Part shown: positions 27,155 to 36,790 of the stretch, in pieces
Numbering within the stretch: the first letter of the stretch is position 1
Layout: each line of letters opens with the position of its first letter
DNA from: Candidatus Doudnabacteria bacterium
Lineage (GTDB): Bacteria > Patescibacteriota > Doudnabacteria > UBA920
Direction: 5' to 3'
DNA length: 64,000 bases
Assembly (NCBI GenBank): GCA_003151625.1
Contig: PLYC01000021.1
Coordinates: 16,235 to 80,234, forward strand
Notes under the pieces: generated by a model
The model's database searches: none
What the model saw: the letters and a program-made list of their open reading frames with translations, nothing else
What the model was told of the DNA's origin: nothing
Made by a program: the position numbers and the translations under genes

Positions 27155-30100
27155 TTACGCGGTCACTAAACTCTTGTTGTCATAGTAGTTTTCATAAACA
27201 AAATTATAAACTTCAAATTTTTTGAATTCACAATCTTGCTCTGTGTAGGTAGGCGCGGGTAGTTTCTCAAATAATATATCTGATATGGCGCTCTTTACCC
27301 CCGAGCGGTTGGTTTCAAAATCTCTCCAATGTGGGACAAGAAGCGGCTTAAGATTTTCCAATAATTCGTGTGCCGTGCCTTTAATTTTAGCAACTTCATC
27401 CGGGTTAAGATTTTCTTTAACCAATAAGTCAAAAATTGCCAACTCCTCCTCATTTAAATTTTCCTTCACCGCACGTTGTTCTTCCACGCTCAAATCTTTT
27501 GCAAGGGAAATAAGATCGTCAAAAAGCTTGTCAACATCATGCGCGCCACTGTTATATTCCTGTAACAAAGCAAGTAAGCGATCCATAAATTTGGTTCGTT
27601 TTTTGTTCTTTCTTACCATTTCCGCTATTTTTTGTTCTAGCTCTGCGCTCATGGCCTCCACTTGAAGGTTTTTGTTTTCTAGACCCTCAAAAAATGTATG
27701 CAGTGCTTCGGAATCCAACTTACTTAAATCTTTCAACTTTTTATGTGGCGATATTACGTACTCACCAGCTTGAATAGACTTATCAAGTAAGTCCTCTAAA
27801 TCTTTTTTTACCTGGGTAACATCCACACTTTGAGCGCCTACATCTCGAATACGCGAAGCCAATACGCGAACGGCAGTCACTTCTTTATAATAATCTTCCG
27901 CGCTTGGATCCGGCAACACCGATCGGTAGGCACTTTGTAAATCCGAGGCTAAGTTTAAAAACTTTTTTTTAATTTCCTGTTTGCCAATTATTAAGTCGGC
28001 GAATTTTTCTAACAATAACAATTTTTGATCACCTGGCGCTTCCAACAAAGGCTTAAGTTCAATTTGTATAGCGCTCAAGAAATGTTTTACGGTTTTAAGT
28101 GTACTTTTTAAATCTTCTAAAAGCTCGTCTTTGCTTTTGATTATTTCATCTTTGTCTACACCGCTGGCCGCATACAATGCCAAGGCACGCTCAATATTTT
28201 TGAATACGCCAATGTAATCAACTATTAGCCCGTTCTTTTTGTCTGCGTCAGCTACGCGGTTGGCGCGGGCAATCGTCTGCATTAAAGTATGATTTTTGAG
28301 TGGTTTGTCCAAATATAATGTGGAGAGGTTTGGCACGTCAAAGCCGGTCATCCACATAGCGCAGACAAAAATAATCCGCAGATTGCTGTCGGCTTTCTTG
28401 AATTCTTCTTCCAAATTTCCGTGAATTATCCTATCCCGAATCGGCTTAACGTCAATCTCAAACTCTTCCATATCGGCGATTTCGTTCTGATTGTCGCCCA
28501 GACTTACCATTACCGCCATGTCAACATTTTCGTGCTGTTCCAGTTTTGCCAGTATTTTTTCGTGCTCACGTTCATCCTTGGCTCGGGAAAGGTCCATGCG
28601 CAATTTAGCGATGTAGCGATCCCACTCTTTTTTAACTTTGTCGTACATCCGGAACGTGGTTTTTTTATCAATACAAACCACCATGGCCTTGCCATTATAA
28701 CCCCGCCCAATGTAGTGTTCTACAATATCCCGAGCAATAACATTTAAGCGATCTTCGCGGGTAATAATTTCGTAAAAATTGGAGTACTCGCGTTCTAATC
28801 TTTCTTCTTCATCTTCATCCAAATCATACCTATCCATAAGCTGGCCTAACTGCTCCTCAAGGTTTTCGTTGACGTTTTTTAGCCTCGGCACCCTGTTTTC
28901 ATAATACAGCGGCACAGTTGCGCCATCGGCCACGGACTGGCCAAAATTATACACCGAAACATAACTGCCAAAAGTTTTTACCGTTTCGGCTTCACCGTCT
29001 GTCATTAGCGGAGTGCCGGTAAATCCAATAAAAGATGCATTGGGAAGTGCTTTTCGCATATTTAGCGCCATGCGGTCATATTGGGTACGGTGCGCCTCAT
29101 CGGTCATTACGATAATATCCTCTCGTTCGGAAATGGCGCTGGCGATATCTTGAAATTTCTGAATTGTCGTAAATACTTGCCTATGGTCTGCTCTCAGCAA
29201 TTTTTTAAGATCTTCTACAGAATCCGCATGTACTTCTTTTTCATACACCGCGCCAACATTGGCAAAATTATCGTATGCTTGTCCGTCCAACTGTTTCCTG
29301 TCTGTAACAATAACAAAAGTAAAATTACCGGTAAGTTTTCGCAAAACCTTTTGCGAAAGCCAAACCATAGAATATGATTTGCCCGAGCCTTGGGTATGCC
29401 AAAACACGCCAAGTTTGCCGTCCATTTGCTTACGATTAACAACATGTTCAAACGCCCGGTTAACACCGTAATATTGGAAATACCGCGGCACTATCTTTTT
29501 AGTCTCTCCCTTTGATTCATCAAACAAAATAAAATTTTCAAAAATATCCAAAAGCCTTGTTTTATCGCATACTCCGCTAATTATCGTAGACAAATCTGTT
29601 CTTGGTTTATTATCTTCGCTGTCGGCTTTTTTCCACTCATTGAAAAATTCGTAGGGTGCTGTCAGCGAGCCAAATTTATTTTCTATGCCATTGCTGATAA
29701 TAATTCCCATATTATACCAAAACAATTTGGGAATAGTATCTTTGTAATCGCGAATGTTGTCTTTATATGCATCCACCAAACTCTTGTGAGACGCTTTGAG
29801 TTCTAATAATACAAGCGGAATACCATTTACAAACAGCACAACGTCGGTTCTTCTGGTATACATTTCTCCTACGATCCACAATTGCGAAACGGCCAGAAAA
29901 TGATTATTCTTTGGATTTTCAAAGTCAAAAAACCTTACCCGCTCCGGCTTGCTTTCGCCGTTGGATTGGACGACATTCACGCTCACGCCGTCCCGTAAAA
30001 GTTTGTAAATTTCCTGATTAGCTTTAACCAAGCTTAAATTTGACCTGTCCCGCGTCAATGCGTCCATTGCCTGAACTAAAGATTCTTGTGACAAACCTTT

Positions 30101-30286
30101 ATTTAATTTTACCAGAGCAGGTAACAAAAACTTTTTCAATACCACTTCACCTTGATTTTCCCTTCCAAGCTTTAAATCATCCTCATCCGCAAATGCGTTT
30201 ATATGACAATCCGAATTGCCCCAAACTTCCTTAATAAGTTTGATGACAGTCTGTTCAACCAAATTGTCTTCAGAAAATGGGTTCAT
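27155..30286 (-). CDS. hsdR: Type I restriction enzyme R subunit
   Basis: 1043 aa. Helicase motifs include 'MTDEAHRTQ' (DEAH box) and 'GFTGTP'. A long coiled C-terminal domain. Adjacent to hsdS and hsdM. Confidence 0.9.
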   Translation of the reverse strand: MNPFSEDNLVEQTVIKLIKEVWGNSDCHINAFADEDDLKLGRENQGEVVLKKFLLPALVKLNKGLSQESLVQAMDALTRDRSNLSLVKANQEIYKLLRDGVSVNVVQSNGESKPERVRFFDFENPKNNHFLAVSQLWIVGEMYTRRTDVVLFVNGIPLVLLELKASHKSLVDAYKDNIRDYKDTIPKLFWYNMGIIISNGIENKFGSLTAPYEFFNEWKKADSEDNKPRTDLSTIISGVCDKTRLLDIFENFILFDESKGETKKIVPRYFQYYGVNRAFEHVVNRKQMDGKLGVFWHTQGSGKSYSMVWLSQKVLRKLTGNFTFVIVTDRKQLDGQAYDNFANVGAVYEKEVHADSVEDLKKLLRADHRQVFTTIQKFQDIASAISEREDIIVMTDEAHRTQYDRMALNMRKALPNASFIGFTGTPLMTDGEAETVKTFGSYVSVYNFGQSVADGATVPLYYENRVPRLKNVNENLEEQLGQLMDRYDLDEDEEERLEREYSNFYEIITREDRLNVIARDIVEHYIGRGYNGKAMVVCIDKKTTFRMYDKVKKEWDRYIAKLRMDLSRAKDEREHEKILAKLEQHENVDMAVMVSLGDNQNEIADMEEFEIDVKPIRDRIIHGNLEEEFKKADSNLRIIFVCAMWMTGFDVPNLSTLYLDKPLKNHTLMQTIARANRVADADKKNGLIVDYIGVFKNIERALALYAASGVDKDEIIKSKDELLEDLKSTLKTVKHFLSAIQIELKPLLEAPGDQKLLLLEKFADLIIGKQEIKKKFLNLASDLQSAYRSVLPDPSAEDYYKEVTAVRVLASRIRDVGAQSVDVTQVKKDLEDLLDKSIQAGEYVISPHKKLKDLSKLDSEALHTFFEGLENKNLQVEAMSAELEQKIAEMVRKNKKRTKFMDRLLALLQEYNSGAHDVDKLFDDLISLAKDLSVEEQRAVKENLNEEELAIFDLLVKENLNPDEVAKIKGTAHELLENLKPLLVPHWRDFETNRSGVKSAISDILFEKLPAPTYTEQDCEFKKFEVYNFVYENYYDNKSLVTA

Positions 30287-30298
30287 AGATTGTTGTAA

Positions 30299-31765
30299 TT
30301 ATTCTATCCATTCTGGTTTAATTTTCCAATCTGTTTTTGGTAAAATTCCAAAATTGGATAGACAAAGTGTATTTCTTGGATCATCCATTGAAAAAGTTAT
30401 GGTAAAACCTCTACCGTCGTTATCTTTTGGTGGTTTAATTTTTCTTTCTAAATAATATTTCAGAGCATAAACTACCTTGAATCCCTTTATTTTGAATTCA
30501 TCAACAAATTTTGTAATCCTATTCACTCCTTTCTTTATTTCTCTAGCCTTGTCTGAATTTACGAAATAAGTACAATCGTATACATAACTTCCAACGATAG
30601 AACAATTGCATAATCGCGCTTCAATTCTCCCATTTTTAAATTCTTTGGCTTCAAAAAGAAGTTTATCCGATTTGATAACAAATTCAATTGATTCATGGCC
30701 AGTACATTTTATATAGAAAAGACACCCCTGTACGTCTTTGTCATTCGACTCATTTTTTACCTCCGTAATAACCTCGTCTGTTTTGCCATAAAAAAGTATG
30801 GGGCGCCAAGCACAAGGACTGTTATATCGAGTATTTTTTTCCCTAAAAATTTTGCCATTAAATAACCATTTCCTTTGCAATTTTGCTAGTTCGCCAACAA
30901 AAAAATTAATATGATCTTTTTCCAGCATGACATTGATACCATGAACTCGCTCTTTTCTTCTTTCCCAAAATGCTTGCGAACCATTTGAAAAATGCATTTT
31001 AAACCCAACCAACCCCTCTTTCTTATCGGTCAGCAACTCAAATACTTCATAATTTGGCATTCGGTGTAGTTTCTTTGTTTTTTTAAAAGAGTACCTAATC
31101 TGCCTGTATAGATCAAAAAAAGCTTGGTAAAAAGCAAAGCAGCGGGATAATTTTTCTGACAGTTCCTCAAAGGAAACTACTTTTGGTAGTCCATTTTCAC
31201 AAATTCTAAATTCAGTATCAGTTAGAGAATAATCGGAATGATAAAATGCATTCCTTATGTCATCATCAAAAAATGAATTAATTTTACTAATCAATTCTTG
31301 CTCGCCAATCTTTTCCGCTTCATTTTTAAGTGTTACTAATTTTTTTGTTGGCGACTGTGGTCTTACATGAAATGGTTTCTTTTTCCCCAATGATTCTCCT
31401 GGGAAAGGGAAAGGAACATAGTTTTTACCTTGTGCGCACCCCAATAAATTATACAGTATTTGGTACGGGGCCGACATCTCAATCGAGTGACAATATATAA
31501 GTAAGGCAACTCGAAAAGAGGATTTTTTTATACCCTTTTTGCTAATTTTTTGAAGTATTTTACTAAACTCGATTAAGGCTTCTTGTGCCTCAATAAAAGG
31601 GTCCCATCCGCCATCTTGTACACCGCTTACACGAAGCAGTGTGTAAATATACTGTAGCCCATTTGTGTCGCGTGCACGTTCAAAAAGATGGTCAAGATAA
31701 CTACGATATTCTTGATAATATGCTTTTTGTGAATCTTGGGTCTTATATTTTACAGTTGTGCCCAT
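30299..31765 (-). CDS. Uncharacterised 488-aa protein embedded between hsdS and hsdR. Candidate HEPN-domain abortive-infection-type effector.
   Basis: It sits where prrC sits in prr loci. It has no P-loop. It contains 'DDDIRNAFYHSDY' (an Rx4H HEPN-like motif). It has a Cys-rich C-terminal half. Confidence 0.55.
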   Translation of the reverse strand: MGTTVKYKTQDSQKAYYQEYRSYLDHLFERARDTNGLQYIYTLLRVSGVQDGGWDPFIEAQEALIEFSKILQKISKKGIKKSSFRVALLIYCHSIEMSAPYQILYNLLGCAQGKNYVPFPFPGESLGKKKPFHVRPQSPTKKLVTLKNEAEKIGEQELISKINSFFDDDIRNAFYHSDYSLTDTEFRICENGLPKVVSFEELSEKLSRCFAFYQAFFDLYRQIRYSFKKTKKLHRMPNYEVFELLTDKKEGLVGFKMHFSNGSQAFWERRKERVHGINVMLEKDHINFFVGELAKLQRKWLFNGKIFREKNTRYNSPCAWRPILFYGKTDEVITEVKNESNDKDVQGCLFYIKCTGHESIEFVIKSDKLLFEAKEFKNGRIEARLCNCSIVGSYVYDCTYFVNSDKAREIKKGVNRITKFVDEFKIKGFKVVYALKYYLERKIKPPKDNDGRGFTITFSMDDPRNTLCLSNFGILPKTDWKIKPEWIE

Positions 31766-31773
31766 AAGTGTAA

Positions 31774-33024
31774 TTATTTTAGTTCTCGTTTTCCTGTGAC
31801 TAACTGGGGAATCAAAAGATCGCGAATCTGGGAAAGATTTTGATTTTCATCCTGCAAAGACAATACTAAATCAAAATGTTTTTTTACTAGGTGGCTAAAT
31901 TCATTAAGAATTTCTGAACTTGGAATAATGACCTTAACATCCTTAACTTGTATCGGACTTAAATTTTGCTGGGCAGCACCATTAGACATCCCCTCCAGTT
32001 TTTGCTGAAATCTCTTTTGCCTAAATAATAAGTAAATGTATTCTCTTTTATTTGTTCCCGTTGGATTTAATTTCGCGACTCGTTGATTTAACAAATAATC
32101 TGAACCATATACAACACAAATACGTCCAACATTCCCAGTCAATGAAAGTAGAATGTCACCACTATTCAAAATGCAATTTTCTGGCAATTTTGAAGGTAGG
32201 TCATCAATAAACGAGTCAAAATTTAATACAAATTTTCCATCATGAACATTTTTTATGGTAACTATTTTATACTTTCCGCTTTCTTGGTATGTTGACCCTT
32301 TGAAAGGAAACCCTGAAATAACATTTACGAGTTCACTAATCTTTCCAACTTTCCAACCCTCTGGAATCATACCGTATTCGGTGCCGCTGTTAATCATTTT
32401 TTCTTTTTCATGGCCGGGAAATTTGAATTTTATAAACCACTCGGTATAGAGAAGCTGGGACATTTGCTCCAGGGCTTTGATGCGTTTTTCGTTATTTTCT
32501 ATTAGGTCGTCGTAGGCGGAGAGGACAGAAGCAATGCGTGTTTGGGTTGGGAGCTCTGGAAGCTCAATTTGCAAACCGTAAAGTAAATTTATTGTGTACG
32601 CTTTTTGGGACGATCCAATAGTACATTTATTTAATTCTGATTTACCTTGCGGTGAAAGAAGCCAATAATATAACCATTGACCATTTATTCCATGAAAATT
32701 TCTAAACCATGTTAAATTTCCATCCTTAAAATAAAATTCTTCGTTCTCTTTTACCAAATACGGATTTCCGATTGTTCCGACAGAGGTCAACAATAGATCA
32801 CCCTTTTGAGGCACACCGTATTTGGCCTTTATTTCCTCAAATTTATCTCTAGAAATATATATTAAGTCGCTTACTTCTGCAGAGCTTCTTTGTTTTTCGC
32901 TGATTTCCTTTCCACGATAGAAAGGAACGCCTGATGATAAATACTCATCAGCAAAAATTCTCTTGCTTGAGGTTATTTCACAATAATCCTTAATTTTTAC
33001 TTTTTGAAAACTTACCATAATCAT
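31774..33024 (-). CDS. hsdS: Type I R-M specificity subunit with two target-recognition domains
   Basis: The TRD starts 'KIKDYCEITSSKRI...GVPFYRGKEI' and 'LPEGWKVGKISELVNVISGFPFKG' are repeated. The conserved C-terminal 'LIPQLVTGKREL'. Confidence 0.82.
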   Translation of the reverse strand: MIMVSFQKVKIKDYCEITSSKRIFADEYLSSGVPFYRGKEISEKQRSSAEVSDLIYISRDKFEEIKAKYGVPQKGDLLLTSVGTIGNPYLVKENEEFYFKDGNLTWFRNFHGINGQWLYYWLLSPQGKSELNKCTIGSSQKAYTINLLYGLQIELPELPTQTRIASVLSAYDDLIENNEKRIKALEQMSQLLYTEWFIKFKFPGHEKEKMINSGTEYGMIPEGWKVGKISELVNVISGFPFKGSTYQESGKYKIVTIKNVHDGKFVLNFDSFIDDLPSKLPENCILNSGDILLSLTGNVGRICVVYGSDYLLNQRVAKLNPTGTNKREYIYLLFRQKRFQQKLEGMSNGAAQQNLSPIQVKDVKVIIPSSEILNEFSHLVKKHFDLVLSLQDENQNLSQIRDLLIPQLVTGKRELK

Positions 33025-34602
33025 TTATAAAATACTTTCCCAATCGTCCTGGATATTTTTTTCCAGCTTGTGAGCTTCGACGGTTAAACCTGTAAATTCA
33101 CTCATTAATTCTTTCATTCGCGCGTTAAAGTCCACATCGCTCATTTCTTTTTCTATAATCTCCACATAACGCCCAGGATTAAGTGAGTAGTCGTTAGCTC
33201 GAATTTCCTCAAGAGTTGCAACTTTGCATCGGCCTTTAATGTCTTGATATTTTTCTTCGCCTTTTTCTTTGCGATAGCGGCGAACAACACCGGCGATTTC
33301 TTGTATTTGCTCATCTGTCCAGTCGCTATGAGCACGGTCAATTTCGGTAAAAATATCTTGCGCGTTTATAAATAAAACTTTGTTTTGCCGTTCGCTGCCG
33401 CTTTTGCGTTTGTCAAAAAACCACAAGGTACAGGAAAGTGTAGCGTTCATAAACATATTTGTGCCAACGGAAACAATTGCATCCACCATTCCGGCGTCTA
33501 CCATTTTTTTGCGGATTTCTTTTTCCGCATTTCCGGCATCACTGGAAGCGTTTGACATAACAAAGCCTGCCCGTCCTTGCGGGTTTAAAGCACTAGCAAA
33601 CATTTGCATCCATAAATAATTAGCGTTGCTGATTTCACCTTTACCAGTAAGCGGCAATCCTAAATTGTATCGCGGGTCGCCTTGAATTTTTGCTGGATCA
33701 ATTACAATTTGTTTGTTCTTGTCTTTGCCTTTTACATTAAACGGCGGATTTGCAAGGACAAAGTCAAAAGCGCCAACGCTGTTAAACGTATCGGTATAAA
33801 AAGAATTTACTTCCGCAATTTTACCCGACAAACCGTGAATAGCTAGGTTCATTTTGGCCGTGCGAATGTTGCTACTACCTTTTTCTTGGCCATACAGTGC
33901 AACTTCGTTCATAACTTGAGTTTTCTTTTCGGAATGCGCTTTAACAAAATTTGCAGACTGCACAAACATACCGCCGCTTCCGCAGGCGGGGTCGTATATT
34001 TTTCCATGGTATGGCTCAATAATTTCTACCAGTAATTTAACAATAGATTGCGGCGTAAAAAACTCGCCGCCTTTGGCTCCTTCGGCGCGCGCAAACTCAC
34101 CAAGGAAATATTCGTAAATTTCCCCGAATGCGTCACCCTCAATGTCATCGGGGATTTGATTAAAATTTTTCAGTAAGGTGATTAATATCTGACTATTTTC
34201 GCCTGGAATTTTGTGAAGCGAAGTATAATCTTGCGGCAAAACACCGGCAAGATCGGTATTTTCTTCTTCTATTGCCTTCATCGCATCATTAATTTTTTTG
34301 CCAATATTTGCACTCTCAGGTAGGCTCATTAAATAAGAATACGTGGCAATTTCTGGCAAATACAGAACACCCTTGGATTTATAATGGTCAGGCGTAATAG
34401 GTTTATTTCTTCCGGAATAAGCTTTAACAGCGCGCTCTGCAACAATCTCCGACTGGAATCTCTTAAAACGTACGTCCGCAAACTTAAGAAAAATAAGCCC
34501 TAAAATTGGCTCGGAAATTTCGTTTAATTTTAGCCCGGAGTTTGCCCGAAGCTGTACCGCCGCAGACCAAAGCCTTTCGTGAAGTTGTTTTCTGGTTGTC
34601 AT
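33025..34602 (-). CDS. hsdM: Type I R-M N6-adenine DNA methyltransferase subunit
   Basis: Motif IV 'VLANPPFN', motif I 'DPACGSGGMF' and an HsdM N-terminal domain. Confidence 0.9.
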   Translation of the reverse strand: MTTRKQLHERLWSAAVQLRANSGLKLNEISEPILGLIFLKFADVRFKRFQSEIVAERAVKAYSGRNKPITPDHYKSKGVLYLPEIATYSYLMSLPESANIGKKINDAMKAIEEENTDLAGVLPQDYTSLHKIPGENSQILITLLKNFNQIPDDIEGDAFGEIYEYFLGEFARAEGAKGGEFFTPQSIVKLLVEIIEPYHGKIYDPACGSGGMFVQSANFVKAHSEKKTQVMNEVALYGQEKGSSNIRTAKMNLAIHGLSGKIAEVNSFYTDTFNSVGAFDFVLANPPFNVKGKDKNKQIVIDPAKIQGDPRYNLGLPLTGKGEISNANYLWMQMFASALNPQGRAGFVMSNASSDAGNAEKEIRKKMVDAGMVDAIVSVGTNMFMNATLSCTLWFFDKRKSGSERQNKVLFINAQDIFTEIDRAHSDWTDEQIQEIAGVVRRYRKEKGEEKYQDIKGRCKVATLEEIRANDYSLNPGRYVEIIEKEMSDVDFNARMKELMSEFTGLTVEAHKLEKNIQDDWESIL

Positions 34603-34653
34603 ACTAATTTATATTTAAAAATAACTGCTCGCGCTTTAATTTTTAGTCCTTTG

Positions 34654-35922
34654 CTATTTCAATAAATCCTCAAGCTCACAGGAGAGCAGGGCGGATTTGT
34701 TAAGCACGATTTGTTCTTTCTGGTTTAGGTTGTCCGCGGTAAGTCTAATAACTTTTGTGATTATAGCGTTGCCAATAACAACGTGGTTGGTTTTCTTTAA
34801 GTAGTTTTCGGTTTTTTCGTAAAACAGTGTTATAAAGCGCTTTAGCTTGTCGCTTAGTTTATCTTTCATATTTCCCGTAACCAATGCGACTACTTTTTCG
34901 TTTATTTCCGTCGGTATATTCCCCTCCGCGAATACTATCCAATAATCGCTTATGGCATAGGCAAAGCGCACTGGCATTTTATCTTTAGTTTCGTAAAAAT
35001 AAACAAAACGGTAATTCTGGGAACTAAAATCCTGGCCAATGGCTATTTCGCGCAACTCGCCGACTGTATTTATATCGTAAGAGTTTACAAGCCGGAGATA
35101 ATTTTCCAGCCAAGTTTCAAGCCAATGCGTAATAAAAGTCTGATCCACAAATAGCGGAGTTAAATCCTGCTGTAAGTTTGTTTTGTTTACTTTGTTCATT
35201 TGCACGGTCAGCCGGTCAAACAGCGCCTGCAAATGCGTAACATCAACCTCCTTGGCTTTAAGATAGTCCAAATCGGGGACAGTTTTCTTTTCCATATACC
35301 ACAGCAGGTCGTAAATGTCGCGGCCTTTTTCTTCGTATATTTCCTTGCCCACGCCACGCTGTCCACGTAAAAATATAGCGGCAATTTTACTGGCCATAAG
35401 CGCAGACATATTGTAAGTCTTTATTACGAATGACAGCTGGTCGTGGTTTACGGGTATCCGTTCCGTAACCGCTTTGGGAGCCGTAAAATGGTTCAAATCA
35501 ATTTTAACGTGCACCTGTTTTGAAGGGTGGCTCATTCCCAGCTCGTCGCCGATAATGAATTTTAAAAGCAACCCGCGGCCGTTGGTAATTTTTATGTTCA
35601 AAAGATCCGGCCCGGTGCTGTAGGTTTCCAAAAAATGTTCCTGCAACGCTTCCTTAAGGTTGTTAAGCAAGCTGTCGGTAGGGGCTTCCGCAATTTCAAA
35701 ATCCAAATCAACGGACATTCTGTTCAACTCATGGCAAATGCGCAAGGCGGAGCCGCCGTACATAGTCCAATTGCTGTAGACCGGGTGGTGATAAATAAAA
35801 TTTAACAGGTAATACTGCAATTCCTCTTTTAAGGCGTTGCGCTGAACTTCAATATCCACCTGTCCGTAACGAGACAGGTCTTCAAGTTTTCTTTTTAGTA
35901 AAATAATTATTTGGTTATTCAT
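34654..35922 (-). CDS. AbiEii/AbiGii-family nucleotidyltransferase (DUF1814) toxin-like protein
   Basis: 'TMYGGSALRICHELNRMSVDLDF' matches the AbiEii NTase signature 'GGTAL...R.S.DLDF'. It overlaps the upstream partner by 8 bp. Confidence 0.65.
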   Translation of the reverse strand: MNNQIIILLKRKLEDLSRYGQVDIEVQRNALKEELQYYLLNFIYHHPVYSNWTMYGGSALRICHELNRMSVDLDFEIAEAPTDSLLNNLKEALQEHFLETYSTGPDLLNIKITNGRGLLLKFIIGDELGMSHPSKQVHVKIDLNHFTAPKAVTERIPVNHDQLSFVIKTYNMSALMASKIAAIFLRGQRGVGKEIYEEKGRDIYDLLWYMEKKTVPDLDYLKAKEVDVTHLQALFDRLTVQMNKVNKTNLQQDLTPLFVDQTFITHWLETWLENYLRLVNSYDINTVGELREIAIGQDFSSQNYRFVYFYETKDKMPVRFAYAISDYWIVFAEGNIPTEINEKVVALVTGNMKDKLSDKLKRFITLFYEKTENYLKKTNHVVIGNAIITKVIRLTADNLNQKEQIVLNKSALLSCELEDLLK

Positions 35923-36535
35923 TGTTTAAATATTTTTTAATCATCTCATAAAATAAAGTCTGCTCCTTTTTGTCCATTTCTTCAATATCAATGCGCAGGT
36001 CGCGGATTAGCCCATCCACCATTTCCGGCTTTATCCCCCGAAACTGTCTGGTCTTAAAATACAACAGGTCAAACAATGCTTTGGAAGGCGCGGCAATAAA
36101 AAAATCAAATTTTCCTTTTACCAAAGAGAATCCGGAAAATAATTCTTTTTTAATTGAATTGTAGCCAAAGTTTCCGGCCCGCGTCTGGTAGTCTCTGGTA
36201 ACTTTTAGCGTAACCGAGGTAATAGTCTGGATGGCTTCGGTTGTTAGTTCGTAATACTGCAAAGCCGCCCAGGAGCTGACGTAAGACGGCGTCCTAATGA
36301 CGTTGGCCAGATAAAATTTGTAGGAAATATCCGCCCTGTTGTTTTCGTAAAAGTAAGTTGTTGTATACAGCCCTTTTTTAAACTGGATAATATCCTTGGA
36401 CTTCAAAGAGCGGCCGATATAGCTATCAACCGTGGTATTTTTTAGGCCGTACTGCTTGCTTAACTGGTAAATAGCGCTTTTGTTAAAATACGGCAAACTC
36501 TTGAGCTGTTCTAACAATATTTCTCTATATTTCAT
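35915..36535 (-). CDS. Probable AbiEi-type antitoxin/transcriptional regulator, partner of AbiEii
   Basis: 206 aa immediately upstream of, and overlapping, the AbiEii-like gene. This is the typical AbiEi size and arrangement. No strong motif, so it is called by context. Confidence 0.45.
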   Translation of the reverse strand: MKYREILLEQLKSLPYFNKSAIYQLSKQYGLKNTTVDSYIGRSLKSKDIIQFKKGLYTTTYFYENNRADISYKFYLANVIRTPSYVSSWAALQYYELTTEAIQTITSVTLKVTRDYQTRAGNFGYNSIKKELFSGFSLVKGKFDFFIAAPSKALFDLLYFKTRQFRGIKPEMVDGLIRDLRIDIEEMDKKEQTLFYEMIKKYLNNE

Positions 36536-36631
36536 AATTGTGATGTAATCATAACAATGATGAAATACTTTGTCAATATGGATAGTTATTTGGATATAAA
36601 TTTAAGAAAATACCCTTTATTTATGGGTATT

Positions 36632-36790
36632 TTGCTTCCTTATGGCTTTTTATTGTAATTCTGGATCCCGTCCAGTCAAGGGTAAAACCAAATTATTTGC
36701 CATAGGCCATAAATTGGTTTTAATCCCGTTGACTGTCCAGGCGTTCCAGAATTTTGTTTTCGCCATAATCAGTAAGCAAAAAAGATTATG
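36632..36790 (+). promoter_or_regulatory. Conserved ~160-bp intergenic module, copy A (divergent region between abiEi and the radC-like gene)
   Basis: Aligns along its length with 38489-38651. Shared blocks: 'ttgcttccttatggctt', 'gtcaagggtaaa', 'tttatttgcc.t.ggccataaa', 'tttaatccc.ttgactg' and 'gccataat.agtaa'. The hairpin positions carry compensatory differences between the copies. Confidence 0.6.

Noticed and set aside
30299-31765. PrrC/RloC anticodon nuclease identity for the hsd-embedded gene
   Set aside because: No Walker A (GxxxxGK[ST]) or ABC signature is present in the N-terminal half. The position matches prrC but the protein does not.
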